From NCBI GenBank assembly GCA_013239625.1, contig MU054400.1, positions 3,845,802 to 3,909,801 on the forward strand: 64,000 nucleotides of DNA. The letters are read 5' to 3'. Shown here in pieces: positions 1-14,090 of the stretch (its first letter is position 1; each line of letters begins with the position of its first letter). Under the pieces are notes generated by a model. It searched no databases, was not told where the DNA came from, and saw only the letters and a list, made by a program, of their open reading frames with translations. This DNA comes from Lama guanicoe. Lineage: Eukaryota. Made by a program: the position numbers and the translations under genes.

Positions 1-312
1 TCAGGCACACAGAAGAGGGTGGCAGCTAGAGGTGTACAGCCAAAGGAACACCACTCCTCTTATTTGCTCTGAGAAGCTACAGAAGCTCATTGAGTCTGCC
101 AGTGGCAACCGACTTTAAAATCAAATCAATAAATATCAGAAATCAATACAAGTTTTACATTCACAGACTCCTGACAAGTTGGGACATACTGTGACATAAC
201 ACGGTGGAAAGTACACAGAACTTAGAAAAGGAAAAAAATCGGTCCAAATATTGATTCTGCCACTTTGCAGATCTTAACTGCTCTGTGACTTAGCTTCTTC
301 ATTCTCAGATTG

Positions 313-550
313 GCAGTACAGCACAGTGGCTAAGAGAACCGACTCTGGAGTGGGACATGCTTAGCTCTGAAATCCACCTCTGCCATGTACTAGCTGTTTC
401 TGATCCTGTCTGAGCCTCTGTTTCCTCATCTGAACAACGGGGATCACAGTACCCACCTCATAGGGTTGTTGGGAGGACTGAGTGAGATAGTGTCTGTAAA
501 GAGCTTAGCACAGTGCCTGGCACACATGTTCAAAAAATGGTCGCTACCAT
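313..550 (+). mobile_element. MIR SINE
   Basis: MIR core ctctgtttcctcatctg...agagcttagcacagtgcctggcaca. Confidence 0.8.
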
Positions 551-1461
551 TATCTGCAGAGTAGGGATGATACCACCTATAACACAGGATAGTTATGAGG
601 ATTAAATCAGAAACAAGGGAAAGCATCTGGCAGACTCGGTTGCTCTCTGCATTTTTTCATTTAGGTATATAGTTTTTTTAAATACAAGAAATCCATATAT
701 CATCGAAACAATGTCACAACTGTAAGATGCTCATAAGAGGTAATCTAGCTCAACTCCCATGTGCTACAAGAGAAGGAACTGAAGCCCAAAGAGTCTGCGA
801 CTTGGCAAAGGTCCCACTGCTTGTTAGTGGCGGAAGAGAACAATGTCTCCTGATGCCAGTGCAGTGCTCTTTCACCACAACATGCATTTTGACACCGTCG
901 AGACCTCAGTTTCAGAAGGGGCAGTATGATTAATCTCTCCAGTTAGCATTAAAGTGTAAATAGAAAGAATTTAATTGGACTTTCAGGAATAGTTTTTCCT
1001 TCTAATATATACAATTTGTTTTCAATTACACTTTACTATATCAAGCTGCAAAACAAGTGGTATGGTATTTTATTAATACCATAGATTTATTCACTAAACC
1101 TCTGTAAAATAAGAGATTTTCTTAAGGTTCTGTAAAATAAGATAAAGTCATCAGGTTGGTTTACATAGCAAAACTGATTAAAAATGGAAGTTGTCTAGGT
1201 CCCAAACACTACAGTTGAGGACACAAAGAAAACCTCAGAAATGGAAAGCTCCATTAAACTTTACCTCATTATCCATAATCCTTATTCAGCATTACTAAGG
1301 ATTTTAAGCATCTCACTGAAATGACTTCATAATATCATAACATGGAACTTAAGAGACCTTTGAAATATCTAGACTAGTGATACTTAAACTGCTTTTTTTG
1401 TTACTGTTTTTATTTTTTTAATGTAGAGAACACTTTCTTTTTCAAATAAAATAAGAACAGC

Positions 1462-1690
1462 AGCTAGCATTTACTGAGTGCTTATCACATGCTCGGCACT
1501 GAGTTAAGCATTCTATAAACCAATGATCCTATGAGAGGGTACCATTATCACCCCCATTTGTAGGTGAGGAAACTGGGGCACAGAAAGATTAAGTTACTTG
1601 CCCAAAGACACACAGCTAGGAAGTGGAAGAGCTGGGATACATATCTCAATGTTCCAGCTCCACGGCCTGTGCTCTTAGCCACGACTGGAT
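1462..1690 (-). mobile_element. MIR SINE
   Basis: catttactgagtgctt...gaggaaactggggcacagaaagattaag pattern. Confidence 0.8.
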
Positions 1691-2485
1691 ACCCAACCAG
1701 AAAACGGATAAAAGCGGTGTGTTCTGGTGGCAGCCGGGGTAGGGCACCACTGCCACCCTTTCCCCCTCAACTCTCAAGGATTCTAGAAAACACAACTGGA
1801 GAACATGTGATTCACCACTATCTCCTCATTTTAGGCATGAATAACCACTGGACTAGAGGAGTGACGGACTTGTCTGTGAAAAGCTGGGACTAGAATCCCG
1901 GTCTCAGAGCCATTTTGTGGATATGACTGTTATTTCACCCCAAAGGGGAAGGTCATGGAGCCAAGCACCGTTTACCCATCTAGGGCAGAATCCTATTCTT
2001 ATTACTAGCATAATTATATTGCTCAGATTTTTGCTTGTAATCCTAATGGCAATTCTCTCCTTGCGCATAAATTCTCCTGCCCACCCCTAATAGCAGGAAT
2101 GAGGACAAGTACACTAGACCAAAGACTTATTCATAGTTATTTTAGTAATTTGAGGTTAGTTAACTTTTCAAGTATTTAAGCCTCATAATACCATTTCAGA
2201 CTCAAGTTCTTTCAGGATAGACAGGGGTTTATCTTTGAAATCTCATTTTTCACAGCACCTTGCACACAGAAGACACCATGTAAGTAACTGGATTCAGTGA
2301 TTTGAATTTGACCTTTTCTTATTACTCGTCTATTCAAAGGACTGAACAGTCTAGAACATGAAACCACCATGAAACAGTTAAAACAGTTGAGGAAAGGAGA
2401 AAAGAAGACCGAGTAACTCATAAACTCCATAATTAACGACTGAATTAAAAATAGATGGTAAAACTAGAAATGGGAGAGAACAGAC

Positions 2486-2638
2486 CTGTCCCATTTTAAC
2501 GGGCATTTCTTTGGGTGCCTCTTCTTTTGCTGTGTCTGTGTCCCCTGTGGCATCATCAGTGTATTCCCAGACCACAGAGTCGTTCTGAATTTCTTTAAGG
2601 TTGAAGTTCCCTAGTTTGTTTAATGAGAATCCTTCAAT
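2486..2638 (-). CDS. TUT7: TUT7 exon 11, 153 nt
   Basis: IEGFSLNKLGNFNLKEIQNDSVVWEYTDDATGDTDTAKEEAPKEMPVKMGQ; ttcctag acceptor, CAG|GTCTGT donor. Confidence 0.93.
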
Positions 2639-2869
2639 CTAGGAAAAATGAGATACGTTATTAGAAGGCAGAAACGACTTCATATCAGGGCATATTAATC
2701 CTGGAAGAAATGAAAAGAGAACATACTTATAGTTCACTGCGTATCTTTTATAAAAGGAGTATCTTTGAGACATCTGTAAATTTAAAGTAAAAAACAAGGT
2801 TTTGATTTGCAAAAGAAATGGTGATTTCTGGAAACAGTTCCTTAATAAATAGTCTAGGAGAAGGAACTA

Positions 2870-3095
2870 TGGCTTAGGCCTAAGGTCACGGTTCTGAAGT
2901 AAAACTGACTGGGCCCAAATCTCAACTCCCTCATGTACGAAATGAGACGTTCAGTAAGGGCCTCATTTTGTTTAGGCCTCAGTTTCCTATAAAAAGGCAT
3001 AACACTACTCTCCTTCATGGGATAGTTATGACATGAAAAGATGGATATAAAGCATTCAGATACAGGGCATGGCACATATTAGGTGCTCAATAAAA
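2870..3095 (+). mobile_element. MIR SINE
   Basis: ggcctcagtttcctataaaa...ggcacatattaggtgctcaataaa. Confidence 0.7.
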
Positions 3096-3689
3096 GTAAG
3101 AAAGTGTTTCTTTTGATACTGTCAAGATGAAAATTACTAAAAATATGGTCTGGGCTCAAAAGGTCTAAGAAATGTAGAACAGATGTGAGCAGATTTCATT
3201 GTGACAGGTACACTAGGGTCTATCACACCCTTATAAAAAGGTTAATGTACATAATGACTTGTGGGGTGGGGTGGGATGTGGCATCCTGGGTCCTGAATTT
3301 CATATCAAATAGACAGACTGCTTCTTTGGTGTGGCAGACAGAGTAACCCTAAAACATAAGACATCACGGGGCTCCCCTGCTCGTAACAGCTTCCTTCTTC
3401 CTCAGGGTGAATTTCAGTCTGTTTCAGGGCCTCGGTTATCTGGCTCTGCGCTACTTCTCTGTGGCTTGGGGCTGACCCCTGCTGGTCCCTCTCTGCTTGG
3501 ACGCCTCTTCCCCTTCTCAACAAGGTAACCCATGCAGTAAGGAGTGCATTCAGGCTCTGCTCAAATGTCTTTGACTCTAAACAGCTCCTCCTCTTTCACT
3601 CTCGGTTCTTCTTACCCCGGTTTATTTCTCCTCAGAGAATTAGTGCCACTTGACATGCACTTACTTACCTTCCTCACCTTATAGAAGGT

Positions 3690-6360
3690 GCTTCTCTGGC
3701 TGCTTCTGAGTTTTGCTCTTTATTTTTGGTTTTCAGCAGTTTGTGATGGGCTAGGCATGCTTCTCTTTGAATTTATTTTATTTGAGGTTTGTTTAGCTTA
3801 TTGAGACTGTAAATTTATGTCCTTTTATCAAAGTTATGAAATTTTATATATTTTTTTCCTACCCCATTCTCTTGTTCCTCTCCTTCTGGGGCTCAAACTA
3901 CCCACAGGTTAGATTTTTCTGAAATTATTCTACAAGTCCCCAAGGCTCAGTGTTGGTTTTTTTGCGGGGGGGGTGTAATTAGGTTTACATTTATTTATTT
4001 TTTAGCAGAGGTACTGGGGATTGAACCCAGGACCTCATGCATGCTAAGCATGCGCTCCACCCTGAGCTATACCTTCCCCCCCGGTTTTTTTTTAATTTTA
4101 AACTTTTTTCTTTCTCTTCTTCAGATTAGCTTGTTTATCTATTTCCATATTTACTCTTTCCCATCTCCATTCTGATATGAGGCCCATGCAGATTTTTTAA
4201 TTTAAAATACTATATTTTTCACTTCTAGAGATTCCACTTGGTTCTCTTTACATTTCCTCATTGTCTGGCTGATATCCTCTATCACCTCGCTTATGCAAGT
4301 GTATCTCCCATGTCTCGTGGAGCACAGTTGTAAGAAGGGCTTTTAAAGTCTCTGATAGTTCCCGCATCTGGCTTATCTTGGGTTTGGCATCTGTTGATTT
4401 CTTTTCCTTTGACAGTGTGTCCCATTTTCTTGACTCTTTGCGTTGTGAGTAACTTTGGATTGTATTCTGGACATTGTGATATAATAATGTACTGTGAAAA
4501 TTCTGGATTCTTTATGTTATCCCAAAACGTGTTGTGACTTTTGTTTTACAGGTAATTCACTTGGTTGGACAAATTGTAGACTGTTGTATCTCTGGTGGAC
4601 TGCAGCTCTGATCTCAGTTCAGTTTTCTAAGCCTTGGCTCTTAACTGTTTTTAGTCTGCTTCACATGTGTGGTTCAGAAGTGTGTCATTTTGGAAAATCC
4701 TCTGTCATTATTGCTTCAACTATTCCTTCCGTTTCTTCCTCTTTCTTCTCTTGATATTCCCAGTATATGTATATTACAACCCTTAGTAATTGTCCTGCAG
4801 TTCTTACAGATTCTGTTCCATTTCTTTCTCATTCTTTCTTTCCTCTTTGCTTTTAAGTCTGAGAAGTTTCTACTGAATAAAGCTCACTGATTTTTTCCCC
4901 AGCTGTGTCCAGCTGCGTGATGAATTCATCAAAGGCATTCTTCATTTTTGTTAGTTTTGATTTTTAGTATCTCCTTTTGATTACTTCCTTAGTTTCTGTC
5001 TCTCAGCTTATATTACCTATGTGTTCTTGCAAGTTGCCAATTTCTTTCCTTTGGAGCCCTTAGCATATTAAGCCTTGTTTTGTAAATTCCTGGTCTGATA
5101 ATTCCAATGTTTGCTCTGTTTCTTCAAACTATGCTTTTTGCCTTTTAGTATGCCTTATAGTTTTGTTGTTGTTGTTGAAAGCTGGGTAAAAGAAACTGAG
5201 GTAGACAGGTCTTTGGTGTGAGGTTTGCTTTCATCTGGCTAGGAGTTAGGCTCTGTTCTGTTTGCTGTAGCTGTAGATGCCAATGGGCTGTAGCTTCCTC
5301 TGGAATCCTTGTTTTTGCCTCCTCTATTGTTTTGGGGTTTCCCAAGAGATTTCTTTTTAAATGAAGTCTTTCTGTCCCATTATCTCATGATTACACAGGT
5401 GGCCTAATGATGCTGTAGTCCTGTGTGTGTTGGGGCGAAGCATTCTACAGCCCTGTGATCAGGTCTCAAAGTCTTCTAGTGAGCCTATGGTCCTGGGCTG
5501 GGACCTTCACAAAGAGCTTCTCACTCTTGCCCGTCTGAGGTAAGATCGTAAACTACAGAGGGTTGGAGCTGGATATTTTTCCTTTCCCCAGGATGGTTAG
5601 GTCCTGATAAAACCCAAGGTGGTTAGGCTCCAGTAAAACAGTTTCCCTTGAGGGCAGGCTTTTGTTTAGGTCAACAGAATGCTCTGGACAATTTCAAAAT
5701 GCATGAGGGGACTGTTTTTGTGTTTTCACTCAGAGAACCTGGTAGGCATTCCTGGAGATAAAACTCACGAAACCAGCCCCCTGAGACTGGGTCCCTCTGT
5801 TGTTTTCCACCTTCAAACTTGTCCAAACTGAGCCTCCAGAACCACAGTCTAAGTTTCCCTACCCTGGTAGTGGCTGCAGTGGCAGGATTCTGTTCCTGGG
5901 CTTCTGCTCTGACAAGTTATAATTCGCTGTATTTGCCTCTCTCTCTCCAATTTTAAGGGCAGTGGTTTTCCCCATGACCTCAATTCTGTGATGGATCTAA
6001 GAAGAGTCATTGATTTTCGGTGTGTTCAGCTCTTTTCTTTCTGTAAGGATGGAGTGACTGCTTCCAAGCCCCTTATATGATGCACTGGACTGATTCAGGA
6101 GTCAGTCAGAGGTGTTCTGGGCTCCATTTCTCTGTATCTTTCCTGTCCAGGGTTTTCCCCCCTTATTACCTGGTGGCCCTAATTCCTCTGGCCAGAAAGT
6201 TTTTCTACCAGAGTTGCCTTTAGGAATAAAGCCACCAAAAAATAGAAATGCACTCTGTGGTCACTTGCTCCAACTTCTGGCTTCTCTCCAAAGTCTGTTT
6301 GCATCTGTTTGGTCTCCAGAGCCTTCACGTTGTTGCACTTTGAATTTTGTTGAGAATTTG
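3690..6360 (-). mobile_element. Old L1 (L1M-type) 5'/ORF1-region fragments, probably more than one piece
   Basis: T-rich degenerate antisense L1 sequence; boundaries approximate. Confidence 0.65.
3962..4082 (-). mobile_element. tRNA-derived SINE (camelid vic-1-like)
   Basis: Minus strand reads GGTATAGCTCAG...GGGTTCAATCCCCAGTACCTC (Pol III A/B boxes) followed by an A-rich tail; inserted in an old L1. Confidence 0.85.
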
Positions 6361-8833
6361 TTTAGGTGTTCATGCCTCCATGCAAGTGGAACCTGAATTT
6401 CTAGTGATGACATTTGTTCTCCTACTTTGTTCCAGGAGGTCTACATTCATGATCTCATTTGAGAATTTTTCAGATGGGCCTTTCACTAAGGCCCAGAGAT
6501 TACATAATTTGCTCAAGGTCATAAGGATTTAAGTGGCAAATCCTGGATGAATCTCAGGGCTGCCAAACTTTAACACTACTCTTCTATTATATTATCTGGC
6601 ATCCTTAAAGCATAGATAACTGTTTGTTAAAGGTTAAGTTTCTATAATCTAAAATAAGAAAGTTCCCAAATGATATCTACCAGGAGACTAGTAAAATATT
6701 GCTGTAGGGGATAAAAGATACAAAGATAGGACTAAACCTATTCATCACTCACAACTCTAATGATGATAAAATGGGAATTTTAATTGGGAGTAAAAAGCCA
6801 GAGAGGATAATCTCCAACATGGAAGAGATCTCAGTAGGTTGGAAGAGAATGGCTAAAAGATTTTTGAACAGACAGATCAGAGCACAGATGTATGATACTC
6901 CAAACCTCTTGACAGAGAATTTAGTCTTATTCATCTGTGTAATCTCTTCAGGGCCTAGTCCAATGACTAATACACAGAGTGCTTTAAAGTTTTTGAAGGC
7001 ATTAATAGTTAAGATACTTTCAAGCACATAATTTTGAAGATCTCAACAGATTTTCTGCAAAAATAGTGATATAAAATATCTGGCATGAATAAGGTACTAA
7101 ATTTAACTTCTTTTCCCTCACTTGCTTTATATTTTTGACTAAGACTCTAGCAGAAGCCAGCATATTGATGCTTGACTAGTTTAAAATGCTGAAAACTGCA
7201 GATCACTTTGGTTCAGGCAGTAGAGTTTGTCTTATGTGATCCACAGAATTCAATCCAGAATCACATACTTATTTTTGTCATTAAATCTTAAACAAGTGGT
7301 ATAATCAAAACCAAATTTTGTGTTACTTTAGAGAATTTCCAGTATTACTGCCAAGGAAATAATATACACTGCCACAGAAAAGGGTATTCATACTACTCTC
7401 AAGCAAATCATGAGGAGAATATTGTCACCAAAACAGAAGCACCTTTACCCCTGCATTCTCACATCAGAGACAGATGCCTACTTTAGAGATGATGAGAACA
7501 CAAGAAAAGGCAGATTTCATGAAGACAGAAGTGTGCATGGCAACACATCCAACCTCTTCCAAGGCTTTTTTTTTTGGTACAGAAATGCAAATGGTTTGGT
7601 TCCATCCTAAACTACTGACTCCTTGGATCAAAGTGAAAATAAAACATCAAAGACTTTTATAGATCCCTACTTGGGTCTGATGAAAAGGGTTATTTATCAA
7701 CTAAGGGTTGACCTTGTTCTCTCACCCGTTTTTTTGACCAGGAGAGCAGTCTAGCAAAGATACCTGAATTATTTTATTTCAGTACCATAAGCACAACAAA
7801 GACAGCTCCCTTTAGGCAACTGGGACACACAGCGGACTGAAATCTCTAATGCCAGGACAGAGTTCATACAGGACTTACTCTGCTTTAGTCTTACTCTCAG
7901 ATCCTGGCAAATACAGATCCCTGTTTAATTCTCAACCTATTAAGTATAAAAAAAATTCTTAAAATCTTATTTTTTGGATATATATACCCATAATAAAGAA
8001 CTATTTCTTTAGAACATTTCCTCCTTAAATGATGTGAATCCTGCATATTGGAAGAAAATTTGTGCTAAAGTAAGCTTTCACCAAGTGAGTCGTTTTATAA
8101 AGCAAGTGTACATATAAAATTTTATCAGGATAAACACCTAGAGATTAAAAGTGAGGTTTTCCAAGAGGATGAGAATAACCTCATTTTGACTTTGAGATGG
8201 CTTCTTCTTAAATCTTACCATTCGAATAAATCAGCTCAGCTTTAACTTATCCAGAAAGAAAGAGTGGTCCCATTACTGGCCTAATTCATTTTAAAGATTA
8301 TAGCAAAACATTACTTAAGAGGTGATTACTCAAAGGTTCTGCATCTTGTGGTATTGGGTAGCAATCTCAACAATTATACCTTCTTTTGTTTCACAGGGAA
8401 CGGGGAATAAAGAGAACAAAAAAACTCGAAATAGAAAGTTGTAGTGAACTGAATGCTTCCTACTGTCTGTCTGGAGGTGATATATAAATTCAAGTATCAA
8501 ATTATAAAACTGTACCCAAAGAAGATGTATACCAAGTGATAAATTAATATAGTTACACATTCTCTTGTTTGAAAACCTCAGATCACCTGTTGTACAAATT
8601 AAGAGTTTTTTTCAATTTAGAAAAGTAACACTGTTGCTAGCAGAGCACATGGCTGCACCTCATAATCAAATCCGTTAATATTTCAGCAGTGAAACACAGG
8701 AATATTCACAATAGTAGGATTAATAAATTCATGTCAGTTCTGGTTAGGTTTCTGGACCCTGAAATTATGCATAAGGGATTGTGGCCCTGAAATGAAATCA
8801 CTATCAGATATATAAGCAAAAAAAGTCTTATAC

Positions 8834-8953
8834 CCATGATCCTAGATAAACAGGTAGAAGGGGTTCTTTTCTCTGTTGCAGAAAGAAAATGGCCATCAGG
8901 GCAAACACATAAGGTGGCAAACCTCCTTCTTCAGGGCGGTCTATACTGCAAAG
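8834..8953 (-). CDS. TUT7: TUT7 exon 10, 120 nt
   Basis: LCSIDRPEEGGLPPYVFALMAIFFLQQRKEPLLPVYLGSW; TAG acceptor, GTATAA donor. Confidence 0.95.
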
Positions 8954-10120
8954 CTACAAATGAGAGAAAAGAGGATAAGCATTCTTCTGTAGCAATTTGT
9001 CATTTACGTAATTTGGTCTAAAACCTCTTTCTTCATTTCTGTGTATCACATGATTTCCTCCTCAGAAGGAAACTCCACAGTGACAAATATAAAACTTCCT
9101 TATACTTTTGCAGTAAAGATATGTTGTGGTTTTGAGTGGCAGCTTCAACTTCAAATTTTTCTTTTTTTTTAACTAAATCAACTTGTGAAGGGCCCTCAAA
9201 TAATATTTCATTTTTTGGACATTCAAGGTAAATTCCATTCACTTGGTTCAAACACTTGTTTATGAAGTAAAAATAATGGTTCAGTTCTACTTGTAAGCCA
9301 GCAGGCTTTGCCTAGGTTTATGGTCCCCTCATCTTTAGCAATTACCTTGAAAGTGCTTGTTTTAGTCAGAAAGGTGATTAGGGACAGAATGTAGGCAAAC
9401 TCATTAGCGCTAGCAGAAATAACAACAGAAAAAGCGTGGCCTACTTAGTGATGAAGCAGGAGGCTGCTTTCAAAGGACAGCATATTGTAATTATCAACTC
9501 ACCCAGCTAGGAGTAGGGCATCCTCTGTTCATCCTGGACCCAAGCAACAGGAGCTACCTAATGTTACTGCCATGTCTTAATCAGTAAAGCTTTGGCTTTT
9601 CTCTATGAAGCACAGAATCTCAACTTTATAATCATGATGGGACGTTACATTTTGGGGAAATGTTAAATGCTCTCGTGTTTATTTGAGCATTTCAATTGGG
9701 ATACCACATTTAAAATACTGTAGAAATGTATCAGACAGTGGGTTTCATTTTGAGGGGAGTTTCTGGGTGTATTACTGGAAAGAGTATGAGGAGCTTTATC
9801 TTGAAATTTCCTGGGCCTAAAAATCACCTCAGGAAACTAGTTAAAATGTAAACTTTTGGGACATAACTCTGGGAGTTGATTTTAATAAGTACCGTAAATC
9901 ATTTTGATCTTTTGAGAAATACTGTTACAGTGAAATAAAAATATTGTATTTTCCTTTCTGTACACATTAAAATTTCTGTTCCAATATTCAGATACCAACT
10001 CTCCTGATGTCTATAACTATGCATCCAAACATTTAAGATTAGATGAACCATGTGAAAATCAAAGCATACTGTTTATGCATACATAGAATGTGTTCATTCA
10101 TTTAAAGAATTCAAACCTAC

Positions 10121-10247
10121 CTTTGCCCAGTATCTAAACGCAATCACCAAGGGAACGAGCTTTGATTCTAGTTTTCCAAGGGCAGTTAAATGATTTGTTG
10201 TCAGACAAGCATTTTCATTTCCTGCACTCACTTTGCAAAGAAGACCA
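10121..10247 (-). CDS. TUT7: TUT7 exon 9, 127 nt
   Basis: GLLCKVSAGNENACLTTNHLTALGKLESKLVPLVIAFRYWAK; CAG acceptor, GTAGGT donor. Confidence 0.95.
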
Positions 10248-11045
10248 CTGGTGGGATTACAGGGTGAATATGGGAAGGAAAAAGAGAAAGATCAAGTTTA
10301 TAAAGGCATCGGGTATCTCTTGCAGCACCAACAACTAATTTATTTACACTGATGATAAATACCTTAGAAATGAAAATAAAAAACTCAATAAATCTTTATG
10401 GGTCATTTAAGTCACTGCAGTAAAAAAAAGATAGGGCAGGTATTTCCTGAGTAAAATTTATTTTTCAGAACTAACATTCTGTGTTTTCATATATTAAAAC
10501 TATTTTGGAGGGGGGGATACAAATAAGGAAATACTGTAAAATGTTTGAAATGAGGGCATGAATTCATCTTTGTAAGAGCTAAAGACTGCTTCCTCCAGTT
10601 GGAGGCCGTTGCCTCATGATGAATCATTACAGCTTACAAACCCCCCATTTACAGTGGTAGTGCTTCTAGGTGAAGGGCGAGACGGCCAGGTGAAGTCACA
10701 CTCATGTTCAGCACTATTAAAAACGCTGCTAAAAGGATGGCAAATAAAGGTGATTAGAACAAGTCTGATTTGATAGGGTTGTTTTTTACCGAGTTGAAAT
10801 GGGTCAAAATGCTTCCTTCCTGTGTTTTTTCCTTTTGAGTAATTTTACTCTTTTTAAAGTAAAACATTTTTTCTTATTGCATCAAATGCCAAAAGTATAC
10901 ACAGAATGCTAGCAGTGAGCCTGGGAAATTAATCACACAGAATTTTATCATTCTAGAAATTAGACATTAAGATGTAGTAAAAGTACAGAGTGCTTTTGGC
11001 AAGCTGATACTTTATGACTGATAAACAGCTTAAAGAAATGGAGAC

Positions 11046-11115
11046 CTTTGCTTTTCTCTGCACACCACCACTGGCACCCTAGCGTGGAAATCTGCATCAA
11101 CATCAGTAAAAGAGT
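11046..11115 (-). CDS. TUT7: TUT7 exon 8, 70 nt
   Basis: (D)SFTDVDADFHARVPVVVCREKQ(S); strong polypyrimidine acceptor, weak donor AAG|GTCTCC needed to keep frame with exon 9. Confidence 0.92.
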
Positions 11116-12080
11116 CTGAGGAAAAAGAAAAGAATATTGAAGAGGTTAATTAAGGCTTTGTTTAAAAGCACAACTTTGATAAAGCACAAGTACTGCTTCT
11201 AACGTCTGTTTGGCCTTTTGAAAGGCCATTACGAAATAAAGCTCTTGTAAGATGATTATGCAATAAAAATGACTGACAAAGGAAAGAAGTATTATATTCA
11301 ACCCTCATTTTGCAAAACTAGTGTCTGATTAGAAATAACTACATTACTGAATCAGAGCGTTTAAATACTATGTGGACAACATAATTAGAAATATGGATAG
11401 GACATTGTCAAAAACAAAACTGCTGCAAAAGCTACTAAAATATTTGGGGTCGAAATACATATTGACTGAAGTAAGAAAAAACGTTTAAATGCTTCATTCA
11501 ATCAAAACAAGAAGAAAAAAACAAAAACGAAAAAAGGATGGGAAAGACTCATTTAAAGGATGAGCCCGTTTAATGAGGCTTACAGAAAGCATACGAACAA
11601 TCAAGTTCCAGTGGGATGTAACTTTGGACAACTGATAGAAACCTAAGTGGGAACGACTATTTGTCGATTCATTAATCTGGGCTGGGTCCCAACTATTTAT
11701 CATTTGTAAAGTATTAATTTAAATCATGGAAGAAAGAAGATTATCATTTAGTCTTACCCTCAAGAGTATATTTTACATATTTTGCCTCTTTGTATTCTCA
11801 GTCTAGGACTCATTTAATCTTTATAAATTGTGACATGATCACCAAGGTAAAAGCTTTACTTACAAATTGTTATTCTGCATAGTAGAACAACCAACAGGAC
11901 TCTAATCAGCTAGCTAAGAACTCAGGGGGATCTGCTTTGGTTTTTTTGTTTGGATATCACCCATATAAATAAATTAAAGAACATGACTTCCTATGTTTCA
12001 AGTCTGAGCAATACGATAATATTCAAAATATAGACAAAAGAAAAATTTAAGAGCAAAATGTGGAAAGAATTTGACCTTAC

Positions 12081-12132
12081 CACTGTTCTTTAAACATTCT
12101 TGAACAAGCAAGAGAACATCTGGCTGAGACAT
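12081..12132 (-). CDS. TUT7: TUT7 exon 7, 52 nt
   Basis: MSQPDVLLLVQECLKNS; ttcctag acceptor, GTAAGG donor. Confidence 0.93.
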
Positions 12133-12509
12133 CTAGGAAATAAAACAATGAACACATCAAATGATCCATAAGCATTTCCGCTTCACTAAGATAATACACA
12201 GTCATCTGAAGTTAGTCCAATTCCTTTCCAAATTAGAAAGCACACTGCTATCACAGTAAAGAAACTAACCTTTATGCTGTGTGCACTTGTCAGTCAGAGA
12301 GGTGAGCACCAGAGGATGAGTGTAGATAAAGAGACTTGTAACAGTTAACTCTTGATTCACCAATTCCTGAGGTAATTAGCCTTTCAGCAAATCTCAAAGT
12401 TGTGACTAGAACTTGTCAAACTGTTAACAATATTACATCTCATTCTCTACAATTACTTCAACCGATTGCTTACTATTCACCATGTTAGTTTTGCCTTTCT
12501 CCAATGCTT

Positions 12510-13075
12510 GCTCCACATAGGAACAAAAACCACTTAAAATCATAAGTAAGATGTAGTTATACCCCTCCTTAAAATTCTCAATGGCTTCTTAATGCCCTTA
12601 GGTCAAAATGAAACTATTTGACACAGCCTACAGATTCTGTCTGTTGGGCCCCAGCCTACCTCTATGTCCTAATCTGATGCTCTTCCTCGACATGGTCTCT
12701 TCATATTACAATTTTCTTTTTCCCTCCTTGAACAGGCCAAGCTCATTGTCTGCAAATGATGTGCCCTCAGGCTGAAACACACTTTTATCCCTTTCATTCC
12801 TCAACCCTTGTTCATTTTTTTAGAGTTTGGCTTAAATGTTATCTCTTCAAAGGGGTTTTGGGACTGCTACATCTGCACTCTCTTTGTTTTCTGTCACAGA
12901 GCCTTGTCTCCCTGCATAGCTCTCATTATAATTAATTATATACACATAATTACTTATCTCTTTCACTAGGGATGAGTTCCATGAGGGAAGAATCCTATCT
13001 GTTTTGTCCTCTAGAATCTCACACAGTGCTTGGCATATAACGTGAACTCAGTGAATATTTTCCAGATGAATGAAT
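12510..13075 (+). mobile_element. L2 LINE 3' end
   Basis: Typical L2 3' motifs ending acagtgcttggcatata...gaatgaatga. Confidence 0.7.
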
Positions 13076-13373
13076 GACATGAAATCAAAATAACTGCTAC
13101 GCTGGTAAATTACTAATCAAAATTTAAGGTTAAAAGAATAGCAAAATCCATGGTCAGCTGACCAGATAGCTATAGTAGTCAGGGATGGCAAGGAATGAGA
13201 GGTTGTGAAGTAGAACATCTGGGGGTAGAGCCTAGGAATCTGTATTTTAAAGTAGCAACCCAAGTAAATGTGCAAAAACTATCTGCAAACTGGTCTGTGG
13301 GAGCCACCAGCAGGTAAATGGATAATCTATTAAAGTGCCTTCCAGTTTCAAAATTCTGATTCAACATCTTTTT

Positions 13374-13556
13374 CTACCTTCTTTCTTTTTAATAAGTATA
13401 TTTTATTTATTTATTATTGTATTATTTAATTATTTTATTTTGGGGGTTGGGGGAGGTAATTAGGTTTATGTATTTTTAGAGGAGGTACCGGGGATTGAAC
13501 CCAGGGCCTTCTGCATGCTAATGGAAAAAATTACCACTTGAGCTATACCCTCCCCC
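13374..13556 (-). mobile_element. tRNA-derived SINE (vic-1-like) with 13-bp TSD
   Basis: A/B boxes; TSD tcaacatcttttt at 13361-13373 and 13557-13569. Confidence 0.9.
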
Positions 13557-14090
13557 TCAACATCTTTTTGAATCATGTTTAAACCAGAAATCTAAGCTAG
13601 GTGTGGTTCTTCAAAAACATACTTATTTTCACAAAGTTGGTGTATATAAGAGGGAACTCAGGAGTAAATTAAGCTTTCAGTTCATAAATGTTTACATATC
13701 TAACACTGAATTCTGAAATCCTTTCCTGCCATTGGAAAGTTGATTAACCAATATAATTTAATCTTTTCAAGCTAACAGAACCTAAATAGTCATATCAGAT
13801 TCACATGGTTACAAAACCAGGATTTGAAGGAAGTATGAAAGATCTATAGAGTAAAGTAAGTATGAAAATCTGTATAATATTAAAAGAAATGCTCTGAAAT
13901 TGAAGGCAGTCAGAAAAAGTAGCAATCTGAGGGAAAAAATGCTTTAAAATTTTTTTAGTAGTTTTATGGAAAAAATCACACTTAAATTGTCTTCAAGTAG
14001 CTAAAATATATTCATAGATAGCTCACATTTGAAATAAAAGCAATTCCACATGATTGCATGAAAACTCTTAACATTTCATTTTGTACTTAC

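Noticed and set aside
6749..7031. Opposed 92-aa and 86-aa ORFs in intron 10
   Set aside because: No recognisable homology or matching splice context; exons 10 and 11 join in frame without it.
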